Counted from the first letter of the stretch, positions 1-11,540 are shown. The stretch is DNA of 64,000 nt from an uncultured archaeon (GCA_964486045.1 CAZALK010000009.1:96001-160000); one strand, 5' to 3'. Numbers and translations: made by a program. Notes: generated from the sequence alone by a model not told the origin.

Positions 1-364
1 TTGTACGCCAATTAATTACGTCTTCGCGATATTTGAAGTTATTAATAACAGGAACTGATTCAAATCCCTTTCCCTTTAAGAAATCGGCAGCGACCTTAGC
101 AAATTTATAACCTTTTAAGTAAGCATCTCCATTATCGATAACATGATCAAATCGTCCTCTGGGTAGTTCTTTTGCTAAATAAGATTTTATTTTAGGCTTG
201 TCTAAAGGAATCGCAAAACATATAGCAGTTTCTGCTTCTGGAAGGATGTAAGTCATATCTGTGGTGGATGGTCCTCCTTCAAGTGTTTCTTTAGTTGCAA
301 ATCCTACGCTCACAGCACCTTGTTCTAATAAAATCTTTTCAATTTCATCATTTAGAGTAATAAT
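1..364 (-). CDS. QueG/reductive-dehalogenase-like protein, N-terminal part (runs off window; start uncertain)
   Basis: Not in ORF track. Open minus frame reads ITLNDEIEKILLEQGAVSVGFATKETLEGGPSTTDMTYILPEAETAICFAIPLD..., resembling QueG-like N-termini. Frame is open up to a TTG at 454; ATT at 364/361 is the likelier start. Confidence 0.55.
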   Translation of the reverse strand, partial: MITLNDEIEKILLEQGAVSVGFATKETLEGGPSTTDMTYILPEAETAICFAIPLDKPKIKSYLAKELPRGRFDHVIDNGDAYLKGYKFAKVAADFLKGKGFESVPVINNFKYREDVINWRT

Positions 365-572
365 ATCATCACTACCAAAAATTCGATATTTCCTAATTTC
401 TATACTATTAGTATTAATTAGCTTTAGTTTTAAAAATATTTTTCCATTATACAATTAAATTAACTGAATTCTCTTTATCAAGATATAAAATCACAAAGTT
501 AAGATATTATTGAATTTTTCCAAAAGTATACACACATAAGTGATTTCAAAGAAAAATGCAATTTATTAAGAG

Positions 573-1622
573 GTGGTAATCATTAGACCGTTAAACAAAT
601 TCAAAACATTCAAATATGATGCAGCACCGTTTTTCTTCTTTATTGATGTGTTTCCCGCTGATTATTCAAACAGAAACAAACCAAATTTAATTAACTTGAT
701 TAACGCAATAAAGACAAATCCAATTATACCATTGCCAATGAGAATTGATAGGGTATTCAATGGTGAAAGATCGATTCTCATCCGACCGAAAGAACCAATA
801 TCATTTTCGGTTAAAGAAGATTTAACAGCAATCATTAATCCAGCCCCGTTTCTTCGGATGGGATTTGAAAAATTATTATATTTTACTGAAGTTCGTTCTC
901 GGGAGAAATTTCTATTATCACTTTCTTCTGAAATGGCTTTAAAATGGTGGAAATACACGAGATTTCTTTATGGAAATCTTCCCAGCTTGGAAGAAGATTT
1001 CTCAGCTTTCTTGAGAGCATACTTGCATACTATTGTTCGAGCTAAGATTCTTGAAGAAGATCCTATTAAAGCCGCAAAAAATTATTGTCAGTTAATAGCT
1101 GATGTATGTGAAAAACGAATAGAACAAAATGTTATTCTGGCCGAAGTAAAAGAAAAGCAAGAAAATTTAAAAATGTATAAAATCAAAGAAGTCACCTATT
1201 ATAAAAAATTCAAGAAACAACACCAGACTCAATACCATCCTGAGCTTATTGATATCGAAATTTATGATTTAACTCAAAAAGGATTTTTAAATTTCGAAGG
1301 AGATCGCATAAAAAATATGAAAGAAATGGACACAAAGGTAATAAAATATATCCCTCTTTTAATTTACGATGATTTACTTGAATGTATGCTTCATAATTTA
1401 AAAAGACTTGAAAATGGTGATAACGATATATTAGATCCTTCTCTATTATTTGAAAAGAATATAATCATTACTTATCAATCCAAGGATTTTGAAAAAATAA
1501 ATAAGGATAAATTCACGTGGTGGAGTAGTTTTGAGAATATTGATTTAGATTTAATTGTAAGAACTATTCTAAAAATTGAGGAAGATTTCGCTTCTTCTTT
1601 TGAACTTGAAGTGCTTCGATAA
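573..1622 (+). CDS. hypothetical protein
   Basis: 349-aa ORF, no recognised motif. Confidence 0.75.
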   Translation: MVIIRPLNKFKTFKYDAAPFFFFIDVFPADYSNRNKPNLINLINAIKTNPIIPLPMRIDRVFNGERSILIRPKEPISFSVKEDLTAIINPAPFLRMGFEKLLYFTEVRSREKFLLSLSSEMALKWWKYTRFLYGNLPSLEEDFSAFLRAYLHTIVRAKILEEDPIKAAKNYCQLIADVCEKRIEQNVILAEVKEKQENLKMYKIKEVTYYKKFKKQHQTQYHPELIDIEIYDLTQKGFLNFEGDRIKNMKEMDTKVIKYIPLLIYDDLLECMLHNLKRLENGDNDILDPSLLFEKNIIITYQSKDFEKINKDKFTWWSSFENIDLDLIVRTILKIEEDFASSFELEVLR

Positions 1623-1725
1623 AACTTTTTATCTTTTAAAGTAATATGCGACCGGTTAATAATTAATTTTAAGTAAAAACATTCGTTATATTTGCTTTAA
1701 ACAGTTAAGAGAAATTATTTAGATT

Positions 1726-2865
1726 TTGCCTATGATTATTAAGGGAGAAAAACCCGCAATTTTAATGCTCCAAGATGGGCGTTATTTTCAGGGAATCGGT
1801 TTCGGATCGACAAAAATAGTTACTGGGGAACTTGTGTTTAACACTATGACTGGAGCAGGATATAATGAAACCCTTACAGATCCATCCTATCAAGGCCAGA
1901 TTGTCGTAATGACTCATCCCCTAGTTGGAAACTATGGGGTGCCTGGGTGGGAAAAGGACATATACGGGATCATCAAATATTTTGAATCCGAATCAATAAA
2001 AGTTTCTGGTTTTATAGTAAATGAGTGTTGTAAAAAACCAAGTCATTATGAATCCGTGAAGACTTTAGATGAATTTCTTCGTGAGGAAGATATACCTGGA
2101 ATTGAATGGATAGATACTCGAGCGGTAACTAAAATCTTGAGGGAAGAGGGTGTTCAAGTTGGTCTATTAGCAGTTCTTGAATCAGGAGTAAAACCAAATA
2201 TAAAGGAATTGAGAGATATAGTTAAAAATGCAGAAGATCCTAACCTGAGACATTTAGTAAGTGAAGTATCGACAAAAAAAGTTCAAACATTTTCTCCACC
2301 AAATCCAATAGGAAAAGTCGTAGTATTAGATTGTGGTGTTAAACTTAATATCTTAAGAAATTTCTTAGCAAGGGGGCTTAAAATTATTTTATTGCCCTAT
2401 AATTACGATTATGAGAAAATTATGAGTTATAGTCCCAATGGTGTCTTTATTTCTAATGGTCCAGGAGATCCTGATATGTGTATAAATGCCATTGAAGTTT
2501 GTAAGCAATTAATTCAGAATAATATTCCAACATTTGGGATTTGTTTAGGTAATCAAATTCTAGGAATTGCAGCTGGTGGATATAAATATAAATTGAAATA
2601 TGGACATAGAGGGGGAAATAAAACTGTAATAGATATTAACACTAATCAATGTTATATAACATCACAGAATCATGGATTTTGCATAAGAGACTTTGAAAAG
2701 AATGGTTTTAAAGAATTCCTAAAAAATATAGACGATGAAACTAATGAAGGTTTAATTCATGAAAATAAACCAATTATAGCTGTCCAATTTCATCCAGAAG
2801 CATGTCCAGGACCCTTAGATTCCCTATATTTATTTGATAAGTTTATAGAGCTAATGGAGTTATAA
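1726..2865 (+). CDS. carA: carbamoyl-phosphate synthase small subunit
   Basis: LTDPSYQGQIV, SNGPGDP, GICLGNQ, TSQNHGF, QFHPE motifs. Confidence 0.97.
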   Translation: MPMIIKGEKPAILMLQDGRYFQGIGFGSTKIVTGELVFNTMTGAGYNETLTDPSYQGQIVVMTHPLVGNYGVPGWEKDIYGIIKYFESESIKVSGFIVNECCKKPSHYESVKTLDEFLREEDIPGIEWIDTRAVTKILREEGVQVGLLAVLESGVKPNIKELRDIVKNAEDPNLRHLVSEVSTKKVQTFSPPNPIGKVVVLDCGVKLNILRNFLARGLKIILLPYNYDYEKIMSYSPNGVFISNGPGDPDMCINAIEVCKQLIQNNIPTFGICLGNQILGIAAGGYKYKLKYGHRGGNKTVIDINTNQCYITSQNHGFCIRDFEKNGFKEFLKNIDDETNEGLIHENKPIIAVQFHPEACPGPLDSLYLFDKFIELMEL

Positions 2866-2869
2866 TAAA

Positions 2870-5800
2870 ATGCCTTTAGATAAATCTATTAAAAAGGCTT
2901 TAATCTTAGGTTCTGGAGGAATAAAGATAGGTCAAGCTGGAGAATTTGACTATACCGGAACTCAAGTTCTTAAAGCCTTAAAAGAAGAAGGAATTGAAAC
3001 AATCTTAATTAATCCCAATATTGCCTCGGTGCAAACTGACCCAAACATTTCAGATATCGTGTATTTATTACCTATCAATGTTAAATATGTTGAGGAAATA
3101 ATAAAAAAAGAAGAACCAGATGGAATTTTATTAGCATTTGGTGGACAAACTGCTTTAAATGTTGGAGTTGAACTAAATGAGACGGGGATACTTGAAAAAT
3201 ATAATATTAGAGTACTAGGAACCCCAATAGATGCAATTGAAACAACTGAAGATAGAGAATTGTTTATCAAAGCTATGGTAGAATCAAATGTTAAAGTATG
3301 CAAAAGTCAAGCTGTTAATTCTTATACTCAAGCGCTAAAAGCCGTAGAGGATATCGGATTTCCATGCATGATAAGAGTAGCTTATACTTTGGGTGGAAGA
3401 GGATCCGGAATTGTTAATAACATTAAAGAATTCGAGAGAATTGCTAAAAAGGGTTTAGCTCAATCGCGTATCAACCAAATACTTATTGAAGAGAGCATTT
3501 GGGGCTGGAAAGAAATCGAATATGAAGTAGTAAGGGATTCTGAAGATAATTGTTTTATCAATTGTAATATGGAAAATTTCGATCCTGTAGGTATTCATAC
3601 AGGAGAATCCCTTGTCGTAAGTCCAAGTCAAACACTGACAAATGAGGAATATCAAATGCTCCGTTCTGCTTCAATTAGAGTAATACGGAACCTTGGAATT
3701 ATAGGAGAATGTAATATTCAATACGGTCTAGATCCGTTTTCAAAAGAGTTTCGCGCAATAGAAGTAAATGCACGACTCTCTAGATCATCAGCACTTGCTT
3801 CTAAAGCAACAGGGTATCCTTTAGCATATATTGCCGCAAAGCTAGCAATAGGATATACTTTACCAGAATTGAAAAATAAAATTACTGGCATTACAACAGC
3901 TTGTTTTGAACCGGCATTAGATTATCTGGTACTTAAAATTCCAAGATGGGATCTGACTAAATTCCAAAAAGTGGATCGAAGATTAGGATCTCAGATGAAA
4001 TCTGTTGGTGAAATAATGGCGATTGGGAGGACATTCGAGGAAGTTCTTCAAAAAGGATTACGAATGCTTGATATAGGCATGAAAGGATTTGTGGCTAATA
4101 ATCTAGATCCTATTGAGGATTTAAATGAATTAAAATATGCCTTAAGAAATCCGACAGACTTAAGAGTTTTTAGGATTGGTGAAGCATTAAAAAAAGGTAT
4201 CGGTATTGATGAAATTTATCGGCTTTCGAGAGTTGATAAATGGTTTTTGTATAAAATGAAAAATATAATTGAAATTGAGCATCAACTTGAAGAGCTTAAT
4301 TTATTAGAAACTTCAGATTTTGAAAAAAAGCATTGGATAGAAAAAGCTAAGCGATATGGCTTTTCTGACGGGCAAATTGGAAAGATTATAGGTGTTGACA
4401 CAATTTTCATAAGACAACTGAGAAGAAAGTTGGATATCCATCCCTTTGTTAAAAGAATCGATACTCTTGCGGCTGAATGGCCAGCGATTACAAACTATTT
4501 GTATCTTACTTACAGTGCTTCAGAGCATGATATTGATTTTGAAGAAGAACATAAAGCTAACCTCAAAAAAGTAATTGTTTTAGGATCGGGGACATATCGC
4601 ATCGGGGCTTCAGTTGAGTTTGATTGGGGTTCAGTTAATTGTTTATGGGGAATTAAGAAAATGGATATAGACCAGGCAATAATGATAAACTACAACCCAG
4701 AAACTGTTTCAACCGATTATGACGTAAGTGACAAACTCTATTTCGAGGAAATCTCTGGGGAAAGAGTCCTTGATATATGTGAGCTTGAAAAAGCAAATGG
4801 TATTGTGGTATCTGCAGGAGGTCAGATAGCAAACAACCTAGCGACAAAAATTACTAAATATTCTGAATTTTTTAGAAAAACTAACTTAAAAATACTCGGT
4901 ACTCATGGTTCCAGAATAGATATGGCAGAAGATAGAAGCAAGTTTAGCGCTTTACTAGATCAACTCGAAATAAAGCAACCAGAATGGAATGCATTGACAA
5001 ATAAAGAAGAATCTTTAAAATTTGCTAAAAAAGTAGGTTACCCTGTCTTGGTTAGACCTTCTTATGTTTTAAGTGGAGCAGCTATGAGAGTATCTTATGA
5101 TGAAAAGACACTAATGGATACTTTAGACCTTGCAGCTTCAGTTTCAAGTGAGTATCCTGTCGTTATAACTAAATTTTTTACTGATGCTAGAGAAATCGAA
5201 TGCGACGGTATATCCGATGGTGAAAATGTGTTAATCGGGGCTATTGTTGAGCATATTGAAAATGCAGGAATTCATAGCGGTGACGCTACAATGGTAATTC
5301 CTCCCCAGACAGTTAAAAAAGAAATTTTAACGAAAATAGAACAGTATACAAGGCAAATTGCCTTAGCTCTTAAAATTCAAGGACCTTTTAACGTCCAATA
5401 TCTATTAAAAAATGGAGAAGTATATGTAATTGAATGTAATTTACGTTCAAGTCGCAGTATGCCTTATGTTTCAAAAACCAGAGGTTTGAACCTTATGAGA
5501 TTAGCTGCCGAAGTGATAATGGGTAAAAAAATTCCCGAAAGACTAATGAATCTGGATTATGGAGATTATGTGTCAATCAAGGCACCAATGTTTTCATTTG
5601 TTAGGTTAGATAAAGCAGATCCTGTGTTGGGTGTCGAGATGGCATCTACGGGGGAAATTGGAATAATAGGAGATAATTTTCAAGACGCTTTAATAAAAGC
5701 TTTAGAAGCTACAGAAATGGAAATTCCGGTAGAAGGAGGGAATGTATTAATATCTGTAGGAGGAGATGAATTAAAGAAACAAGTTATTCCTCTCGCTAAA

Positions 5801-6181
5801 AAGTTAAAAATCTTAGGATTTACAATTTTTGCAACCGAAACCACAGCGTTAACCTTAAAAAACAATGGAGTTGAAGCAGTAAGATTATATAAAGTCCATG
5901 AGTTCGGAAAAGAGCCTAATATAATGGCGTGTTTACAAGAAGGTCACATAGATATGGTAATTAACATTCCTATGCCGACTACCCAAGGAGAAAAATTTAA
6001 AACTATAATGGAAGATGAATATGAAATTAGAAGGATGGCTGTAGATTATAATATACCCGTGATTATAAACTTACAGCTCGCAAAGGCTGTTGTAGATGCT
6101 ATTGAAACTGTAAGGGAAAAAAAAATTGAAATAAAGTCTCTTAACGAGTATCATAGTACTTTAAAAGAAATTTATTGGTAG
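2870..6181 (+). CDS. carB: carbamoyl-phosphate synthase large subunit
   Basis: GSGGIKIGQAGEFDY, two ATP-grasp halves, NPETVSTDYD, C-terminal MGS domain. Confidence 0.98.
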   Translation: MPLDKSIKKALILGSGGIKIGQAGEFDYTGTQVLKALKEEGIETILINPNIASVQTDPNISDIVYLLPINVKYVEEIIKKEEPDGILLAFGGQTALNVGVELNETGILEKYNIRVLGTPIDAIETTEDRELFIKAMVESNVKVCKSQAVNSYTQALKAVEDIGFPCMIRVAYTLGGRGSGIVNNIKEFERIAKKGLAQSRINQILIEESIWGWKEIEYEVVRDSEDNCFINCNMENFDPVGIHTGESLVVSPSQTLTNEEYQMLRSASIRVIRNLGIIGECNIQYGLDPFSKEFRAIEVNARLSRSSALASKATGYPLAYIAAKLAIGYTLPELKNKITGITTACFEPALDYLVLKIPRWDLTKFQKVDRRLGSQMKSVGEIMAIGRTFEEVLQKGLRMLDIGMKGFVANNLDPIEDLNELKYALRNPTDLRVFRIGEALKKGIGIDEIYRLSRVDKWFLYKMKNIIEIEHQLEELNLLETSDFEKKHWIEKAKRYGFSDGQIGKIIGVDTIFIRQLRRKLDIHPFVKRIDTLAAEWPAITNYLYLTYSASEHDIDFEEEHKANLKKVIVLGSGTYRIGASVEFDWGSVNCLWGIKKMDIDQAIMINYNPETVSTDYDVSDKLYFEEISGERVLDICELEKANGIVVSAGGQIANNLATKITKYSEFFRKTNLKILGTHGSRIDMAEDRSKFSALLDQLEIKQPEWNALTNKEESLKFAKKVGYPVLVRPSYVLSGAAMRVSYDEKTLMDTLDLAASVSSEYPVVITKFFTDAREIECDGISDGENVLIGAIVEHIENAGIHSGDATMVIPPQTVKKEILTKIEQYTRQIALALKIQGPFNVQYLLKNGEVYVIECNLRSSRSMPYVSKTRGLNLMRLAAEVIMGKKIPERLMNLDYGDYVSIKAPMFSFVRLDKADPVLGVEMASTGEIGIIGDNFQDALIKALEATEMEIPVEGGNVLISVGGDELKKQVIPLAKKLKILGFTIFATETTALTLKNNGVEAVRLYKVHEFGKEPNIMACLQEGHIDMVINIPMPTTQGEKFKTIMEDEYEIRRMAVDYNIPVIINLQLAKAVVDAIETVREKKIEIKSLNEYHSTLKEIYW

Positions 6182-6205
6182 ACCAAATTGTTGTTAGAGT
6201 TCTAT

Positions 6206-6715
6206 TTATTCCCTACCTTTTATTAATGCGATTATAATTACTAGTGCACCAAATATCAATGTGGTTACTGTACCTGTAATAAGAACTATGACAATCCCAT
6301 CAATTAATGTTGCTGTAAAACTAATATAATTTAAGTTAAAAGAATCAACAGAAATTAAAACTATCCACAAAATCATAGAACACATCGAAGTAAGAATCCA
6401 TCCTCCAAAAGATTTACCTATACTACCTCCCATGAGTCCTGCTACAATTGCTGCAATAATAAAAGATATAAATCCTCCAAAGTAAAATATTTTAAAAGCA
6501 AGACTTGCAGCAATACCACTACTTATAAGATCCCATGGAAAATAACGAGAAGGGTAAACAAATAGGTAAATACTAAAAGTTGGATGACTTGTAATATCAT
6601 CAATCAAAAAATTTAAAATATTTCCGATCGCATATGTTACAATGATTAATAAGAAATTTAATACCAAGAAAATAAGTAAACTAAATATAAAAGATCGTGA
6701 TAAACTCTTTTCCAT
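6206..6715 (-). CDS. membrane protein (~4 TM)
   Basis: hydrophobic 169-aa ORF. Confidence 0.7.
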   Translation of the reverse strand: MEKSLSRSFIFSLLIFLVLNFLLIIVTYAIGNILNFLIDDITSHPTFSIYLFVYPSRYFPWDLISSGIAASLAFKIFYFGGFISFIIAAIVAGLMGGSIGKSFGGWILTSMCSMILWIVLISVDSFNLNYISFTATLIDGIVIVLITGTVTTLIFGALVIIIALIKGRE

Positions 6716-6945
6716 TTGATAAAACCTTTTCTATATTTTTTAAAATTATAACTTATGTTTCTTAATAGAGTTGTTAATATATTTAAATGTATTATTTTTA
6801 TGGTATTTACAAAATTTTAAATTAACATTGAAGACTTAACTCGCTAGTAATTCTCTCATTAATAAAAATCTTGAAAAATCTTGAATAATATATCACAAAT
6901 TATTAAATATTCAATATCTAAAGATTTAATTTAGGTGTTACATAG

Positions 6946-7227
6946 ATTTACTACCGTGGTTATATCTTAGTTCGATTAAAAATCATCGGAACTCAATGGA
7001 AAGTCACAGAAAAACTAAAGGGTTTAAAATCGAGTAGTCAACAGGAAGATTGGGAAGTAACCTATGCTACACCGATATATGGTGGATGGGATTTAATCGC
7101 CGAATGTAAATTTACCAAACTTGAAGATTTAGATAATATAGTGTCCTATTGTAGGACAGATAAGGAATTATCTCAATGGATAGATGCAACAACTACTTTT
7201 ATCAGCACCAAAAAGAATTATCCATAA
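6946..7227 (+). CDS. stand-alone Lrp/AsnC ligand-binding (RAM-like) domain protein, probable ATT start
   Basis: Not in ORF track. 93-codon frame IYYRGYILVRLKIIGTQWKVTEKLKGL...TPIYGGWDLIAECKFTKLEDLDNIV...TTTFIS. In-frame TAG at 6943-6945 directly before ATT; AGGTG 8 nt upstream. Confidence 0.7.
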   Translation: MYYRGYILVRLKIIGTQWKVTEKLKGLKSSSQQEDWEVTYATPIYGGWDLIAECKFTKLEDLDNIVSYCRTDKELSQWIDATTTFISTKKNYP

Positions 7228-7398
7228 TATCGAAAAAAGAAGGTAGTATGATATATATCCTCAATTCAGACTCAGTTCGAAAAATCTCATCAAAGTAACA
7301 GTATGTTTATGCAACTAAAACTCTATTAAATATTTATTATTTCAATAGTAAACAAATAAGATCTTTATTTTTTATACACTTTAGGATAAGAATTTTCT

Positions 7399-9246
7399 AT
7401 GCGAGAATTAAAACTTGAGGAAATACAAACTCGTGTTGAGTATTCACCAGGAAAGGATCCTTTCGAAAAATCTCGTCAAAAAGGAACTAGGAGCTGGATT
7501 TTGAAACATATGTTTCACGGTTCTAATAAAATATTATTGATTATTGTTTTTTTTACAACAATCATAAGCGCTAACATTAATTCGATATCTTACATCGTTT
7601 TGGGGAATGCCCTTGTAGCCCTTCTTTCCCCATTGGGGAACTACACAACGCTAATATCTTATGTAATTTTGATATTAATATTAAACCTTAGTACGCCTAT
7701 CCTGAGAGTAGTCAGTTTTATGTTAAGGGAAATTGTAGCCAGTAGAATGGAGAGAGATGCCAGAAGAGAATTCTATACTAATCTTTTAGGTAAAAGCCAA
7801 TCATTTCATGAGCAACAACAAATCGGGGATTTAATGGCTAGAGTCACAAACGATGTTCGTATGTTAAATTTTTTAGTGAGTCCCGCAATTTCTTATATTT
7901 TTGAATCATTCACGACATTATTTATCCCAATTATTTATATTATTCTTTACTATCCGAGTCAATTAATATTTGCGCCCTTATTATTTGCGATTCTCTTTTT
8001 ATTTTCATTGAAGTCCTATGTTCGTAATTTGGGACCAATTACTCTAAGATTACGGAGTTTCTTTGGGATGATGAATGCCACATTGGCCGAAACACTTAAT
8101 GGAATTGAAGTTGTAAAAGCTTCCGTTCAAGAGCATTTTGAATTAAATAAGTATTTTTCAAAAGCAAGGAGTTATCGCGATGCTTATATAGATCAGGGAA
8201 AAGTTCAAGCGAAATATTTTCCCCTCTTACTTATTGCTTTAACAATAACAATTGGATTAACTCATGGTATTATATTAACGTTTATCCCATTAGTATTTTT
8301 TAGTATTGGACAATTAATTGGATATCTTGGATTAATATCACAATTACGTTTTCCGACAATGGTTTCAATGCGTGTTTTTGCCATTATTCGGGCAGCAATT
8401 TCGAGCTCACATAGGCTACTAGAATTAATGAATAGAGAAACTGAAATTGATGAAAATCTAGGAGGAACAAAGAAAATAATAGATGGAAAGATTACATTTG
8501 AAAATGTTTCATTTACTTATCCAGGAAGTGAAAAAACCGTATTAAAAAATATTTCTTTTGAAGTACAGCCAGGACAAACAATAGCAATTGTTGGGACAAC
8601 GGGTTCAGGAAAAACCACCCTCACAAAATTGATGTCTCGTTTATACGATGTGAATCAGGGCAGAATTCTTATCGATAATATTCCCATCAGAGATTACGCT
8701 TTGCATTCTTTAAGACGTCAAATTTCATATATTGAACAAGATATCTTCTTGTTTTCTGATTCTCTATTTAATAATATATCCTTTGGAAGAACCTCATCAT
8801 TAGAAGAAATTATATTTTGCGCGAAAGAAGCTCAAGCAGATGGTTTTATTCTCCAATTACCAGACCAATATGATTCAGAGGTCGGAGAAAGAGGAGTTCA
8901 GCTTAGTGGGGGAGAAAGACAACGAATTGCAATTGCTCGGGCTTTCCTCTCGGACCCAAGAATCTTGATTTTAGATGATTCAACCTCAGCAATCGATTCA
9001 AACACAGAAGATAAAATCCAAAAAGCATTTCAAAATATATTAAGAAGACGAACCACCCTTTTAATCACTCATAGACTTTCTCAGATTAGGTGGGCAGATT
9101 TGATTATAGTGTTAAAAAGCGGTGAAATAGCCAATATGGGAACTCACGAAGATTTATTAAGAACATCAGAAGAATACCGTAAAATCTTTATTAAGAAGTT
9201 TGATGTAGATATTGAACAACTTCTTAAACAAAAGGAGGTATTATAA
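7399..9246 (+). CDS. heterodimeric ABC exporter subunit (TMD+NBD, degenerate Walker B)
   Basis: GTTGSGKT, LSGGERQR, ILILDD. Confidence 0.95.
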   Translation: MRELKLEEIQTRVEYSPGKDPFEKSRQKGTRSWILKHMFHGSNKILLIIVFFTTIISANINSISYIVLGNALVALLSPLGNYTTLISYVILILILNLSTPILRVVSFMLREIVASRMERDARREFYTNLLGKSQSFHEQQQIGDLMARVTNDVRMLNFLVSPAISYIFESFTTLFIPIIYIILYYPSQLIFAPLLFAILFLFSLKSYVRNLGPITLRLRSFFGMMNATLAETLNGIEVVKASVQEHFELNKYFSKARSYRDAYIDQGKVQAKYFPLLLIALTITIGLTHGIILTFIPLVFFSIGQLIGYLGLISQLRFPTMVSMRVFAIIRAAISSSHRLLELMNRETEIDENLGGTKKIIDGKITFENVSFTYPGSEKTVLKNISFEVQPGQTIAIVGTTGSGKTTLTKLMSRLYDVNQGRILIDNIPIRDYALHSLRRQISYIEQDIFLFSDSLFNNISFGRTSSLEEIIFCAKEAQADGFILQLPDQYDSEVGERGVQLSGGERQRIAIARAFLSDPRILILDDSTSAIDSNTEDKIQKAFQNILRRRTTLLITHRLSQIRWADLIIVLKSGEIANMGTHEDLLRTSEEYRKIFIKKFDVDIEQLLKQKEVL

Positions 9247-11049
9247 ATGTGGTTTGGTTTGGAAGCCGAAGAATACGATAGAGATTATGGGGATTTAGTC
9301 CTTTTAAAACGTATAGTAAGCTACTTTGGCAAATATAAACGTCCAATGATAATTGTCATAATTTTTTTAACAATCTCCTCGACATTCAGAGCATTGATCC
9401 CTGTACTCACTACTATTGCAATAAATAATATTGGTAACACCCAAGGTATCTTTTTTATTTTTTTAATAATATTATTTATTTTTGGTTTGAACTTATCAGG
9501 ATGGGTTTTTAACTATTTTCGTCAACTCAATATGTCTCGAGTCGTTGGGGACGTAATGCTAGATTTAAGAAGGGATGCCGGAGAAGCTGTGTTAGAGCAC
9601 GACCTCTCGTTTTTCGATAAACACCCTATTGGAAAAATTGTTAGTCGAATAAATACAGATTCCCGAGATTTATCTCAAACGGTAGAATTGACCCTTGACG
9701 TGATCTCATCCCTCTTTATGATTATTTTCATTCTTATATTTATGAGTTTCATGAATCTAACACTCCTTCTAATAACAATGATCTCAGTTCCTCTCTTCTT
9801 TGCGTTAGCATTATCTTTTCGCAAAGTTGCAAGATCAAGAACTTTATTAGGACAAAGAGCTTTAGCTTCTGTTAACGCCTACGTGAAGGAAAGCTTTTCG
9901 GGAATTCAAATTGCAAAAACTTTTCGCCAAGAAGATAAGCTGTATGAAAATTTTAATGAAGTAAACAATATATCTTATAAGGTTAATCTCCGTAGAAGTT
10001 ATGTATTTAATATTATGTTTCCTGTTTTAAGTTTAATTCAAGGAACAGTTTTAACTTTAATCGTATTCTATGGAGGGGGAAGAGTTTTAGATGGAAGTAT
10101 TAGCGCTGGTGATTTGAATCTATTTCTCCAAGGATTAAGTTATCTATTTATGCCATTACTGACCATTGCTACCTTTTGGCCAGCATTTCAAACTGGTTTG
10201 GCATCATCTGAAAGGATTTTTGCCTTAATTGATACTCTACCCCTCGTTGTACAAAATGATAATATTAAACCACCTCGTCTTAAAGGTGGGATCGAATTCA
10301 AAAATGTAACCTTTAGCTATGAAGTTTCCAAGGAAGTCTTTGAGAATTTTAACCTAAAAATTAATCCTGGAGAATCTGTGGCAATAGTTGGACATACTGG
10401 TGCTGGAAAATCTAGCTTAGCAAAATTACTCGCGAGGTTTTATGAATTTCAGGAGGGAAAAATCTTAATCGATGGTGTAGATATCAGAGATTATGATTTA
10501 AAAGAATATCGGAAACAGATTGGCATAATCCCGCAAACTCCCTTTCTTTGGGCAGATACGATTGAAAACAATATAAAGTATTGTAACAAAACGGCTACAA
10601 AAGAGGATGTATATAACGTTTTAAATATTTCTAGTGGCGCCGATTGGATTGATGATACATCAAATGGACTTGAAACTAATGTTGGGGAAAGAGGAAGGCG
10701 TCTTTCTATGGGACAGCGCCAATTAGTTGTTTTTGCTCGTGTACTGTTAGAAAATCCCGCAATTCTTATTCTTGATGAAGCAACAGCTTCTGTAGATCCC
10801 TTCACTGAAACTAGAATTCAAGAGGCTCTACAAAAAACAATTGAAGGGCGTACTTCAATCATTATAGCTCATAGGCTATGGACAGTACGTCACGTTCAGA
10901 AAATAATTGTTCTCGATCATGGAAAAATTGTAGAAGTAGGCAACCATGACGAATTAATGGCTAAAGGTGGGATTTACTCTGAACTTTACAATACTTATTT
11001 CAGACATCAATCTTTAGAATACATAGAAAGACTTAAGGAATTGGCATGA
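9247..11049 (+). CDS. heterodimeric ABC exporter subunit (TMD+NBD)
   Basis: GHTGAGKS, LSMGQRQ, ILILDEAT; abuts partner gene. Confidence 0.95.
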   Translation: MWFGLEAEEYDRDYGDLVLLKRIVSYFGKYKRPMIIVIIFLTISSTFRALIPVLTTIAINNIGNTQGIFFIFLIILFIFGLNLSGWVFNYFRQLNMSRVVGDVMLDLRRDAGEAVLEHDLSFFDKHPIGKIVSRINTDSRDLSQTVELTLDVISSLFMIIFILIFMSFMNLTLLLITMISVPLFFALALSFRKVARSRTLLGQRALASVNAYVKESFSGIQIAKTFRQEDKLYENFNEVNNISYKVNLRRSYVFNIMFPVLSLIQGTVLTLIVFYGGGRVLDGSISAGDLNLFLQGLSYLFMPLLTIATFWPAFQTGLASSERIFALIDTLPLVVQNDNIKPPRLKGGIEFKNVTFSYEVSKEVFENFNLKINPGESVAIVGHTGAGKSSLAKLLARFYEFQEGKILIDGVDIRDYDLKEYRKQIGIIPQTPFLWADTIENNIKYCNKTATKEDVYNVLNISSGADWIDDTSNGLETNVGERGRRLSMGQRQLVVFARVLLENPAILILDEATASVDPFTETRIQEALQKTIEGRTSIIIAHRLWTVRHVQKIIVLDHGKIVEVGNHDELMAKGGIYSELYNTYFRHQSLEYIERLKELA

Positions 11050-11071
11050 GCGCCTTTTCCATTTAACCCCT

Positions 11072-11521
11072 ATGCCAGATGAAGAAAAAATCCTTGAAAA
11101 TTATGTAGAACCAGATATAACAGTTGAATACATCTTCATAGAAAAAGCGGATACCCAGATTAAACCGATTAATGATGATCAAGGATATCAGATGGGCTTT
11201 TTTAGTCTTTTTGTCTCTGGTGAGTTAAAAAATAACAATTTAAGTGATTTCAAGAAATTATTGTTGGATGAATTGAATTATAGCGTTAAAACCTATGACT
11301 ATTTTAAATCCAATAAAATATCTCTGGGAGATTACAAATTTGCCCTTGTAGATAATAATAAAATTGTTTCTGAATTTACTGTGTTGGATGAGAATTTTTT
11401 TCAAGCATTATTAGCATCACAAAGAAATCTAATGATTGTAGGTGAGAATTTTATTATAGAGAATTTTCTGCGTGATTCTCTATTTTACGAATGGTTTGAA
11501 GAATACACGAATAGATATTAA
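11072..11521 (+). CDS. hypothetical protein
   Basis: 149-aa acidic ORF. Confidence 0.65.
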   Translation: MPDEEKILENYVEPDITVEYIFIEKADTQIKPINDDQGYQMGFFSLFVSGELKNNNLSDFKKLLLDELNYSVKTYDYFKSNKISLGDYKFALVDNNKIVSEFTVLDENFFQALLASQRNLMIVGENFIIENFLRDSLFYEWFEEYTNRY

Positions 11522-11540
11522 TAAGATAATTTATTTTTTT

